Shown here: positions 34,693-43,798 of the stretch, piece after piece
Layout: the number at the start of each line of letters is the position of its first letter
How positions within the stretch are numbered: the stretch's first letter is position 1
Assembly (NCBI GenBank): GCA_045653825.1
Contig: JAZOMI010000049.1
Coordinates: 1 to 58,716 of the forward strand
Direction of reading: 5' to 3'
Origin: Candidatus Aphodosoma sp.
Lineage (GTDB): Bacteria > Bacteroidota > Bacteroidia > Bacteroidales > Paludibacteraceae
DNA length: 58,716 bases
The notes under the pieces: generated by a model
What the model was told of the DNA's origin: nothing
Seen by the model: only the letters and a program-made list of their open reading frames with translations
The model's database searches: none
Made by a program: the position numbers and the translations under genes

Positions 34693-34838
34693 TATTAAAG
34701 AACAAGGTGCAGGGAATAGGGAGCAGAGAGCAATGCACAATGCAGAATTAAGAACCGAAGGTCTTTGAGCCTTTGGCGATAAAATTAAGAATTCTCACTC
34801 CTCATTCCTCATTCCTAACTAACCCTAACCTCTCAATT

Positions 34839-35156
34839 ATGAACATAATCAACGGAGGCGTTACAGAAGAACGCATTGCACAATGGAAAGTGCAACATCG
34901 TCGTGTGGCAGAAGTGTCGATAGAAGACGATGGAACAACGTATGTAGGCTATTTTCGTCGTCCAGATATGGAGACGATGGCAGCAGTGAGCAAACTATCG
35001 AAAACCGATGAGGTGAAAGCAGCTAATGCTTTGTTTGAAAACTGTTGGCTCGGAGGTGCTGACGAACTACGCCACGAGGCAGTGCTTCGCATGGCAGCAA
35101 TCGGTCAGCTCAACCAATTGATGGAGGTGAAACGTGCCGAAATAAAAAACTTGTAG
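34839..35156 (+). CDS. tail assembly chaperone (G-like, 0-frame product)
   Basis: 105 aa from ATG 34839. The track ORF start at 34773 lies in heptamer words. Sits directly upstream of the tape measure region. Confidence 0.6.
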   Translation: MNIINGGVTEERIAQWKVQHRRVAEVSIEDDGTTYVGYFRRPDMETMAAVSKLSKTDEVKAANALFENCWLGGADELRHEAVLRMAAIGQLNQLMEVKRAEIKNL

Positions 35157-35371
35157 GGGCTTACTTGCTTGATGCTACGACTGACAATCCCAATCCTGCC
35201 GACGAACTCATGCAGGCAGAAGCCCTGATACGTGCTAACCTACATCTCGACACCGCATTGCTCAACTCAGACGAGTGGGCACGAGCATTCGCCGAAGCCC
35301 TTTGGCTCGAAAACTATCGATTGCAGAACACAGCCCGACTATTGGCTGCTATGTGGAACTCGGGAAAATAA
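34839..35371 (+). CDS. tail assembly chaperone, predicted -1 frameshift (GT-like) product
   Basis: Slippery A_AAA_AAC at 35144-35150, two codons before the 0-frame TAG. The -1 frame is open across the site and continues to 35371. Confidence 0.5.
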
Positions 35372-35412
35372 AAAAACATCATTTTCCTGACGTCAGGAAA
35401 ATGATGTTTTTT
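35371..35412. terminator. perfect ~42-bp palindrome, bidirectional terminator
   Basis: AAAAAACATCATTTTCCTGAC|GTCAGGAAAATGATGTTTTTT is centred at 35391/35392, with an A-run and a T-run on the flanks. Confidence 0.7.
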
Positions 35413-35432
35413 TATAGGATATCTTAATAAGA

Positions 35433-35585
35433 TTATTTCATATAACGCATATTGCGTTTCCACTCTTTTTGTTGCTTTTCAAGCTGCTTTTGTTTTTTGT
35501 TTTTTGGTTGTGGATGATTGTCGTCTGTATTAAAACATGCAATAACAAATAAAACACAAATTATAAATCCTAAAATCATTGTCAT
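35433..35585 (-). CDS. 50-aa single-TM protein (AT-rich moron, opposite strand)
   Basis: MTMILGFIICVLFVIACFNTDDNHPQPKNKKQKQLEKQQKEWKRNMRYMK. GGAGG lies 7 nt upstream of the ATG. Below the ORF-track cutoff. Confidence 0.45.
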   Translation of the reverse strand: MTMILGFIICVLFVIACFNTDDNHPQPKNKKQKQLEKQQKEWKRNMRYMK

Positions 35586-35627
35586 AATAACCTCCTTTGC
35601 TTTCGACTACAAAGTTATAAAAAAAAT

Positions 35628-37682
35628 ATGAGCACACAAAATTTTAACTATATTTTTAACATAACGGACAATGCTTCATCTACATTGAATGACATCAACG
35701 CCCATTTGACACAAGTGAGTCAATCAGCATCAAATGCAGTGTCAAGTTTCAGTGGTTTTGAAAAAACAGTAATATTTGCTAAAAATTTTGCTAATGTAAT
35801 TATGGGTGTTGCTAATGCTATAAGTTGCACTTTGGAGCCAGCTATAGCATTGGATTCATCGCTCAAAGACCTGTCGGCTATCACAGGCGAAACTGGTGAG
35901 GGGTTGAAGTTGATAGAGAAATATGCTCGTCAGTCGGCTCGCACGTTCGGTGGTTCTGCCGCACAGGCGGTGGAGTCGTACAAATTGGTGCTCTCGCAAT
36001 TGTCGCCCGAAATAGCCAAATGTCCTGAAGCATTGCGCTCGATGGGCGACCATATAGCCACACTCAGCAAAACTATGGGCGGTGATGCTACAGCAGCGGC
36101 TGAGGTGCTCACCACGGCGATGAACCAATTTGGTGTTGACCTCTCTGACCCGATTCGTTCGGCTGAAGTGATGGCTGAGATGATGAACGTGATGGCAGCT
36201 GCTGGTCGTGAAGGCTCAGCCGAATTGCCTCAAATCAAACAGGCATTGGAGCAGTGCGGTATGGCTGCCAAAGGGGCGAATGTCTCATTCGAAGAAACGA
36301 ATGCCGCAATCCAAGTGCTCGACAAAGCAGGCAAAAAAGGAGCTGAAGGTGGTGTCGCGCTTCGCAATGCGCTCACCATTCTCGGTCAAGGACGATTTAT
36401 GCCGAAAGACGTTCGGGAAGAACTCGCAGCTGCTGGCGTTGATGTCAATGTGCTTGCCGATAGTTCGATTCGTCTCACTGACCGATTGCGCATGCTTGCA
36501 CCTGTGATGAACGATGCTGCGTTGTTTGGCAAACTATTCGGACGTGAGAACGTTAATGCCGCTATGGCACTCGTGCAAGGCACTGCCGAAATCGACCGAT
36601 TGACCGATGCTATCGGCGGAACAAATACAGCCTACGAACAAGCTGAAATCGTTATGGACTCAATGGCTGAGAAACAATCGAGATTGAAAGCTGCTTTTGA
36701 TAATGCCTATATTGCTATATCGAAATTTACAGGTGGGGTTTTGATGCATATTCAAGCATGGGCTCCTGTGGCAACCGCATTAAGTGACCTTTATCCTATT
36801 GCAAATGGAGTATGGAACAGTTTCGTCAGACTCAAAACAGTCATGGCGACAGGTTGGCCAAAGGTAGTTGCCAACATTAAGGGTGCTGTCGTAGGAACTA
36901 TAATGAACATACAACTGCTCAATGCTTCGGCTACAGCTTCGGGTGGTTGGCTCAAGATGATGGGGCAAATGGGTGTGTCGGCGTGTCGCTCGATAGGCAT
37001 TGCTATCATGAACATCCCTATAGTGGGTTGGATTGCGGCTGCTGTGGCTGGGCTTGTAGCTCTATTCGCTACGTTGTGGGAGAAGTGCAAAGGATTCCGT
37101 GTGGCTGTATTCACCTTGTGGGAGGGAATCAAAGCTTTGTTCAGTGGTATTGGTGAATGGTTTGCCAATCTATGGCAATGGTTGTCTGGTGTGTTCGACC
37201 GCTTCATGGCGTTTGGCTCTAAAATCCTCGCTCCGTTTAGGTGGGCTTTCGGTCAGATAAAATCGCTATTCATACGTTTGTTCGACTGGATTACAGCCAA
37301 ATTCGATTGGCTGGTGGACAAAATCAAACGAATAGTGCCTAAAGATTGGCTCGCTCGTGGTCGTGAAGCCGCCGACCGCTCGTGGGCAAAAGATCATCCT
37401 GATGCATCGCCAACCGAACAACCTCTCATGACAGACACTTCGGCTCTCGCTCCTATGCCAACGATGTCGCCTATAGGCATCGGTTCGGACATCAACTCAG
37501 TGGGGTCTGCTTCAGCCGAAAAACATGGTGGTTCGATAAAAAACATCAATGTCAATATCGAAAGCCTCGTCGAACAATTCAACGTAACGACCAACAATCT
37601 ACAACAATCTTCATCACAAATAAAGGATATGGTGGCACGCGTGCTCATCGATGCCGTTAACGACTTAAACTATGCAATCTAA
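35628..37682 (+). CDS. tail tape measure protein
   Basis: 684 aa with a TP901-type core (LKDLSAITGETGEGL...), alanine/glycine-rich TM-like segments, and the expected position after the chaperones. Confidence 0.85.
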   Translation: MSTQNFNYIFNITDNASSTLNDINAHLTQVSQSASNAVSSFSGFEKTVIFAKNFANVIMGVANAISCTLEPAIALDSSLKDLSAITGETGEGLKLIEKYARQSARTFGGSAAQAVESYKLVLSQLSPEIAKCPEALRSMGDHIATLSKTMGGDATAAAEVLTTAMNQFGVDLSDPIRSAEVMAEMMNVMAAAGREGSAELPQIKQALEQCGMAAKGANVSFEETNAAIQVLDKAGKKGAEGGVALRNALTILGQGRFMPKDVREELAAAGVDVNVLADSSIRLTDRLRMLAPVMNDAALFGKLFGRENVNAAMALVQGTAEIDRLTDAIGGTNTAYEQAEIVMDSMAEKQSRLKAAFDNAYIAISKFTGGVLMHIQAWAPVATALSDLYPIANGVWNSFVRLKTVMATGWPKVVANIKGAVVGTIMNIQLLNASATASGGWLKMMGQMGVSACRSIGIAIMNIPIVGWIAAAVAGLVALFATLWEKCKGFRVAVFTLWEGIKALFSGIGEWFANLWQWLSGVFDRFMAFGSKILAPFRWAFGQIKSLFIRLFDWITAKFDWLVDKIKRIVPKDWLARGREAADRSWAKDHPDASPTEQPLMTDTSALAPMPTMSPIGIGSDINSVGSASAEKHGGSIKNINVNIESLVEQFNVTTNNLQQSSSQIKDMVARVLIDAVNDLNYAI

Positions 37683-38217
37683 AAACTATCTGCTCACATC
37701 CATTCCGTTGCAGTTTATAGCATCCGCTGCACTCGTACAGGCGAAAAGTGCACTCTACAATATGTTGCCCGACGAGGCAATCAATCGACAGTTTCGCACT
37801 TCGCTCTCGCTCGGAACCAATGAGTCGGCATCCGACATCGTGATGGTCGATGCCGTGTGCTCGGTGTCGCTCGCTCGCAATATTGTGCGTACTTCGCTCG
37901 TAGGCATGAGTGGAACGATAAAGGAGTATGTGTCGGCAGGCGACTATGAGGTGAAAATCACCGTAGGGCTTGTTGCCGTCGATGCAATGGGCGAAGTGAT
38001 TGACCAATATCCAGCCGATGGCGTGCGCGACCTGACGGCTCTGCTCAATCAGCCCAATGCGCTATATATCGATAGCGAGTTCCTACAACTATTCGACATC
38101 ACTCGATTGGTGGTGGTCGATTTCCAAATACAACAAATGACCCATTCCAACATGCAAATAGTAACGATTTCGGCTATCTCCGACACCGACTATCAAATCA
38201 ATTGCAACGACTATTAA
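37672..38217 (+). CDS. tail/baseplate protein (Mu gp43 position)
   Basis: 181 aa. The start overlaps the TMP stop. Assigned by gene order only. Confidence 0.5.
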   Translation: MQSKNYLLTSIPLQFIASAALVQAKSALYNMLPDEAINRQFRTSLSLGTNESASDIVMVDAVCSVSLARNIVRTSLVGMSGTIKEYVSAGDYEVKITVGLVAVDAMGEVIDQYPADGVRDLTALLNQPNALYIDSEFLQLFDITRLVVVDFQIQQMTHSNMQIVTISAISDTDYQINCNDY

Positions 38218-38367
38218 ACGCTATTTAAATCACGTTTAATCATGATATTCCTCCCCTGTCTTAGGGGAACCGACGCTCGAAGCAAGAGCAGAAGGCAAGC
38301 TCGCTTGCATTATGCCTTGCAAGGAGGAGGAAGACAAAGTCAAAGTACCCACAGGACGGAGGGGTTT

Positions 38368-38399
<32 letters not shown>

Positions 38400-38400
38400 T

Positions 38401-39351
38401 ATGCTTCAACTGACAGCTAACATAACCATACGTTCGGCGCAAACATGGCAATTTGACCGTGTGAGCGAAGTGGAAATCGTGCGCGATAGCGAAACATTGA
38501 CCGACACCTGTCGCATAGTGTTGCCTCGCAAAGTGAAATGGAATGGGTCGGACGACATACCTCTGCGCCGTGGCGATACTATCACCATAGAACTTGGCTA
38601 CAACGGCAATAACCAATTTGCCTTTGCTGGATATGTGACATCGATAGGGCTGAAATCGCCTATCGAAATACGATGCGAAGACGAGATGTGGCGCATGAAA
38701 TCAATTGCTACCACAAAAAAAGCCTACAAAGCTGCCAATCTGAAAACCCTCATCAGCGACCAAAAGGTGGGAATACCCGTCAATGTGTTTGGCGAACAAA
38801 ACATAGGCGACTATCGTGTAACTGCCGACACGGTGGCAGAACTGCTCAACGAACTACGCAAACAAGGCATCCGCTCGTTTATTCGCTACAACAACGGACA
38901 AGCCGAACTCTGCATCGGAGTGCTATTCGACCGACAAGGAGCGCACCGACAAGTGTTCGACAACCGACGCAACATCATCAGCGACTCGCTACAATGGCAG
39001 ACTGCCGACGATGTGAAACTAAAGGTGAAAGCCGTGAACCTCGACAAGAACAATAAGCAAACCGTGGTGGAAGTGGGCGATGCCGATGGCGAAGTGCGCA
39101 CACTATACGCCACAGGCAAGAGCGACAGCCAACTGCGCTCGTGGGCAGAACAAGAACTGAAACGATTGAAACGCGACGGATTGGTTGGCTCGTTCGACAC
39201 CTTCGGTCATCTGCTCGTCGATAAACTCGACACCGTAGCAATCGTAATCGACTCGGTCCGCCGTGGCGAATATCAAGTGCAAAACAACACAATAAAATAT
39301 GGCTCATCAGGATTCAGACAATCAATAACCATTGGAGATAGACTCGCATAA
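38401..39351 (+). CDS. baseplate hub / late-control-D-like tail protein (Mu gp44 position)
   Basis: 316 aa from ATG 38401. The upstream part of the track ORF (38242-38400) is intergenic word sequence. Confidence 0.55.
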   Translation: MLQLTANITIRSAQTWQFDRVSEVEIVRDSETLTDTCRIVLPRKVKWNGSDDIPLRRGDTITIELGYNGNNQFAFAGYVTSIGLKSPIEIRCEDEMWRMKSIATTKKAYKAANLKTLISDQKVGIPVNVFGEQNIGDYRVTADTVAELLNELRKQGIRSFIRYNNGQAELCIGVLFDRQGAHRQVFDNRRNIISDSLQWQTADDVKLKVKAVNLDKNNKQTVVEVGDADGEVRTLYATGKSDSQLRSWAEQELKRLKRDGLVGSFDTFGHLLVDKLDTVAIVIDSVRRGEYQVQNNTIKYGSSGFRQSITIGDRLA

Positions 39352-39353
39352 CT

Positions 39354-39902
39354 ATGGACATAAAAACTGCTATTCAAAATCTTGCAAAATCAAGCGACGA
39401 AATATATTGCAAAATATGCAAGATAGATGCTGTTGACGATTCGGCACGAACAATCGACTGCACGCCCATCGACGGCTCGGCACAAATACTCGGCGTAAAC
39501 CTCCAAGCCAATCAAGATGCTACTACAGGTATCGTCTGTCTGCCGAAAAAAGATAGTTATGCCGTAGTGGCTTTCATCGATAAAGCTCACGCCGTGGCTC
39601 TGCTGTTCGATGAAATTGAATCTATTCACATCAATCTGGGCGACACATCGATAGAAATAGACAACGAGCAAAACATCACATTCAACGAAGGAACGCACAC
39701 AGCCGTACGTGGCGACACATTGAAGCAAGAACTCGACAAAATGTCGGCTCGCATCGATGTGATAATAAATGCACTGAAAAATTCGCCAACCGCAGTGCAG
39801 GATGGTGGCGCAACGTATAAAGGAGCAATAGTTGCAACATTGTCGGCTATAGCTCAAAAAGAGAACTTCGGTCAAATCGAAAACGACAAAATAAAACACT
39901 AA
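39354..39902 (+). CDS. baseplate spike/assembly protein (gpV / Mu gp45 position)
   Basis: 182 aa. Assigned by gene order and size. Confidence 0.5.
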   Translation: MDIKTAIQNLAKSSDEIYCKICKIDAVDDSARTIDCTPIDGSAQILGVNLQANQDATTGIVCLPKKDSYAVVAFIDKAHAVALLFDEIESIHINLGDTSIEIDNEQNITFNEGTHTAVRGDTLKQELDKMSARIDVIINALKNSPTAVQDGGATYKGAIVATLSAIAQKENFGQIENDKIKH

Positions 39903-39904
39903 CT

Positions 39905-40177
39905 ATGAACGGTATCACAACTCACAACAACAAACTACGCATCGAAAACGGACACCTCGTAATCGCCGATGCCGACCCACAAACAGCCGAGACCATTGTG
40001 CTTGCCAATCGTGGAGAATTGCGTGATGCGCCCCTCGTGGGTGGTGAACTCACCCGAATGCTCGGTGGCCCAATCACCTCGCTACAACTTACAAACCTCA
40101 AACAACAAATCAAATCGCAAGGTATCAACATTCGCTCAGTCGAATATGCCGACGGAAAACTAAATATACTTAAATAA
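39905..40177 (+). CDS. small baseplate protein (gpW / Mu gp46 position)
   Basis: 90 aa. Assigned by gene order and size. Confidence 0.5.
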   Translation: MNGITTHNNKLRIENGHLVIADADPQTAETIVLANRGELRDAPLVGGELTRMLGGPITSLQLTNLKQQIKSQGINIRSVEYADGKLNILK

Positions 40178-40298
40178 TCTCAATTTTTGCGATAAGCGAG
40201 AGCAATTGAGTTTACTCGAATTGCCTAGCAAAGCAAAAATCTTGAGCGCAGCGAAAAACTCTCAACTTTCAACTCTCAACTTTCAACTCTCAACTCTT

Positions 40299-40529
40299 AT
40301 GACTGCAACCGTACATCCTCGCCAATGCGTGCTCGACGTAGCACTACAATACTTCGGTAGCATTGAAGCTGCCTACATCGTAGCCGAACGCCTCGACGCA
40401 TCTATCGACCAAACGCTAACCGCTGGCGCAACATTCGAATACTCGCCCGACGAAATCATCGACCCCTCGGTCGTAAACTATTATAAAAACAACAACATAA
40501 TACCAACAAACAATGGCACGGACTATTGA
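40299..40529 (+). CDS. hypothetical baseplate-module protein
   Basis: 76 aa from ATG 40299. The track start at 40206 lies in intergenic word sequence. Confidence 0.45.
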   Translation: MTATVHPRQCVLDVALQYFGSIEAAYIVAERLDASIDQTLTAGATFEYSPDEIIDPSVVNYYKNNNIIPTNNGTDY

Positions 40530-41364
40530 CGAAATCAAACAAGAAATGGGCGATGCTTTCATTAGCAATGCCACTATCAAACAACTCTATGGCATAGAGT
40601 CGGGCAAATCGTTCAACCAACTATTTGCCGCAGCATCCATCGAAAACATTCTTTTTAATGCCCTCGCTACAGGCATTTGGGCATTGGAGAAGATATTCGA
40701 CCGCCACACTGGCGAAGTCACCGAAACCATCAACCAACTCAAACCACACTCTTTGCGTTGGTATGTCAATATGGCAAAACAATATCAACACGGTCACTCG
40801 CTCGTGGATGGTGAGACGTATTACGATAATTCGGGTCTTACCGACGAAGAGATAGAAGAGGCTCGCGTGGTGAAATATGCCGTAGCAACCGAAATGTCGA
40901 ACACCGTCATAATAAAAGTAGCCTCGCTCGACCCCAACACCAATCGACCAAAAGCCCTCGCCGATGAGGAAATGGCAGGTTTGCGACAATATATCTCCGA
41001 AATCAAAGATGCAGGCGTCTATTATCGTGCAGTCACTGGCTCAGGCGATGCGCTCGACATTGCAATGACTGTCTATTATGCTCCTGCTCAACTCTCGGTG
41101 GTAGATGACGACCTCTCTGATGGCGACAACGACACAATCATTCACTCTACTATCCAGCAATTGATTGCCGACCTGCCATTCAATGCCGAACTCGAAGTAG
41201 CTACTATTGCCGACGCTGTGCGTGCTCTGCCAGGGGTGAAAACCGCATCGGTCGATAGTATCAGTGATAAAGACAGTAGCATATCAGCCTATTGTACATC
41301 TGAATGTGGTTACTTTATTCTTAACTCTCTATCATTGACTCTAATCGCTTATAGCTATGAATAG
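40513..41364 (+). CDS. baseplate J-like protein (Mu gp47 position)
   Basis: 283 aa. Overlaps its neighbours, and size and position fit the gpJ family. Confidence 0.55.
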   Translation: MARTIDEIKQEMGDAFISNATIKQLYGIESGKSFNQLFAAASIENILFNALATGIWALEKIFDRHTGEVTETINQLKPHSLRWYVNMAKQYQHGHSLVDGETYYDNSGLTDEEIEEARVVKYAVATEMSNTVIIKVASLDPNTNRPKALADEEMAGLRQYISEIKDAGVYYRAVTGSGDALDIAMTVYYAPAQLSVVDDDLSDGDNDTIIHSTIQQLIADLPFNAELEVATIADAVRALPGVKTASVDSISDKDSSISAYCTSECGYFILNSLSLTLIAYSYE

Positions 41365-41833
41365 AACAGAACATTTTACACCGTCTCAACTATTGCGGCA
41401 ACTTATTCCGCATTCGTTGCGTCAAGCTCTGGAATCATTCATCAGTGCAATGGCTCAATGTCTATCCACTACGATGAACAATCAAAACAATTTGAGCTCT
41501 GATGTCGATTATAAACTCAAACACAATGGGCAAATCCGTCTGCTTCGCTCGCAACTCAACGAATATTTCAATGTCGATACCTTCAAAATCATCGATGGCG
41601 CAGAGGTAGGTGATTGGACATTTATCTACCCCGAAACTACTGGTGTTGCTCTCATGCTTACACCTTCATCGCCTATCATCCTCTCCGAAGCATACATGAT
41701 AAAACAAAAAGACACATTCATCGTGAAAGTGCCTTCTGAAATATACAACGACCCAATGTCGCTCGAAAAAACAAAAGAAATTATCAATAACTATAAACTC
41801 GCGGGCAAAACCGCATTATACCAACCATTATGA
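41357..41833 (+). CDS. baseplate/tail protein (Mu gp48 position)
   Basis: 158 aa with overlapping starts and stops on both neighbours. Confidence 0.5.
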   Translation: MNRTEHFTPSQLLRQLIPHSLRQALESFISAMAQCLSTTMNNQNNLSSDVDYKLKHNGQIRLLRSQLNEYFNVDTFKIIDGAEVGDWTFIYPETTGVALMLTPSSPIILSEAYMIKQKDTFIVKVPSEIYNDPMSLEKTKEIINNYKLAGKTALYQPL

Positions 41834-42696
41834 ACAAATTAAACATCACTGGGAATACATTCCCCCTCACAGTCGAAAACCTCGAACTCCTACAAAAACA
41901 AAACGAAGTCCTTTGCGATGTATTGTCTGCAATATTACCTGACTCAAAAAGCACTCCTGTTGGACTACGGGAACCAACAATGTTCATTAATAAAGTTTTT
42001 TTTTATAATGGAGAAATATATCCTATACAGAGAGGTGGATCATCATCATATGTCTTTCTTGTAGAAAAAAGAATAACTATAAATACCGATACGGCCACAT
42101 ATCCTGACGTCCGAATCCTTAGATATGCCGTGTCTGATAAAGTTAATAGCGACGAAGTGTTGATTCATAAGTTTTTATCTTGGAATGGATATAAAACTTT
42201 TTCTCTCGCTTCCGAATTAGATACAATTAATAACAACATAACTACAGCCCAACAAACTGCCGAAACTGCAGTAACCAAAGCTCAAACAGCCCAACAAACT
42301 GCCGACGAAGCTCAACTACATAAAACTTACCTCATCAAGGGGTACACAATTGAAGATGAAATTGTTTATGGCACTATGGTTGTAGATTATGGAATGGAAG
42401 AAATTTATTTAAATTTAAAATGTATTGCTAATCAAAAGTGTACAACAATCTTCTATGAAGAAAGTGATTTATATGGAAATGTCCGATTAATAAATTTACT
42501 TGATGAAAATGCAGGACTTCCTGATAATAATGGTACTTATGGCGATGATTTTTATTTTAATCAATACCTAATTCAGGGTGATTATAGTATCATTGATTTT
42601 CATCTATATGTAAACTCAAATTACGATGATTCCTCGTTATATAATACATTAATTAACATAGCAACAACAAAAAAAACAATCAAGTTATCATTTTGA
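41830..42696 (+). CDS. tail fibre / receptor-binding protein
   Basis: 288 aa, the last gene before the right end. The N-terminal ~50 aa have phage-like GC and the rest is AT-rich. Contains a short TAQQTAETAVTKAQTAQQTADEA repeat. Confidence 0.55.
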   Translation: MNKLNITGNTFPLTVENLELLQKQNEVLCDVLSAILPDSKSTPVGLREPTMFINKVFFYNGEIYPIQRGGSSSYVFLVEKRITINTDTATYPDVRILRYAVSDKVNSDEVLIHKFLSWNGYKTFSLASELDTINNNITTAQQTAETAVTKAQTAQQTADEAQLHKTYLIKGYTIEDEIVYGTMVVDYGMEEIYLNLKCIANQKCTTIFYEESDLYGNVRLINLLDENAGLPDNNGTYGDDFYFNQYLIQGDYSIIDFHLYVNSNYDDSSLYNTLINIATTKKTIKLSF

Positions 42697-42743
42697 TTGA
42701 TAATTCAAAAACAGGTTAAAATTAATTAAACATAATAACTGTT

Positions 42744-42782
42744 TTTTGTACATTTAGTTTTTTATAATTGTACATTTGGTTT
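42744..42782 (-). repeat. prophage right-end transposase-binding-type sites
   Basis: TTTTGTACATTTAGTTTT (42744-42761) and AATTGTACATTTGGTTT (42766-42782) are exact reverse complements of the left-end sites. Confidence 0.8.
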
Positions 42783-42911
42783 TTTTGATTATATATTGAA
42801 GATTTAGAAGAACGTAATGTATACATTAATGAAAATTATGAATTATTTGAAGGAATTAGAATTTTTGATTCTTCCGAAGATTTATTTTATACATTATCCG
42901 AACTTGAAGCT

Positions 42912-43787
42912 ATGAATTATACAAGTTTGAAAGCTTGGTGTGAAATTAATAGTTTTTATAGTCCAATACTTGAATCAAGAATAATTTACGATTCTGTTTT
43001 TTCCGATATTCTAGAAGAATTTGGATATAACTATGACGATTATGTAAATGATCAAAATTATATTATCGATAGTGAAGATGTTTTTGAAACTTTTAAAGAA
43101 CATATGATCCGAGAACATTCTAATCATATCAATATTTTTGAAGAATATGATGAGGAATATGGTAATGAATATTACATTGAACCTTTCTCAACAGATGGTT
43201 TTGATGAATTAATTTTTATGAATAACAAAAACATTGTTATAATAGGGTTAAATGTATATAAACTTGTAGAAAACTTGTTATTGTCAACATCTGTATATAA
43301 TTTTAATGCGGAATTTGCAAATTTAATGTCTCCAGAAGCAGTTTATCGGTATTTGTCATCAGAAAATACAACAGAGAATGTCTATTTATCGCATATAGGT
43401 TCAAATAGCAATACAGAAGATATTTTACCTATAAAAAGGGAAGAAAAGGGAAATAGGACTAAAATGAAAGTCAAACTTAAAGCTTTTGATAGCCCCAACT
43501 GGAAAGGAGTTATCATAAGACACGCTAGACTCATCGTAAACAACTACAAATATGGATGTTGGAAAAGAGTATATACCACAATTAATGTTTCGGCGTACAT
43601 TAAAAATTGTGATAATTATAATAATGATGACAGCGTTAATAATTCTTACTTATTTCGTGCCGAAGGAAAATTTTATAAAAAAACCTGTAAAGCTAAAAAG
43701 GCTATACCTTTTGGCTTTGATAGAATTTGTTTATATAACATCACTGGTAGCATTGAAAATAATTGGGGTTTAAGTATTAATTTTTAA
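42912..43787 (+). CDS. hypothetical protein, probably the 3' part of the lipoprotein gene split by the prophage
   Basis: 291 aa with no signal peptide. The reading frame stays open upstream to 42789, a few bp from the prophage end. Confidence 0.5.
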   Translation: MNYTSLKAWCEINSFYSPILESRIIYDSVFSDILEEFGYNYDDYVNDQNYIIDSEDVFETFKEHMIREHSNHINIFEEYDEEYGNEYYIEPFSTDGFDELIFMNNKNIVIIGLNVYKLVENLLLSTSVYNFNAEFANLMSPEAVYRYLSSENTTENVYLSHIGSNSNTEDILPIKREEKGNRTKMKVKLKAFDSPNWKGVIIRHARLIVNNYKYGCWKRVYTTINVSAYIKNCDNYNNDDSVNNSYLFRAEGKFYKKTCKAKKAIPFGFDRICLYNITGSIENNWGLSINF

Positions 43788-43798
43788 TTTTTTAAAAT

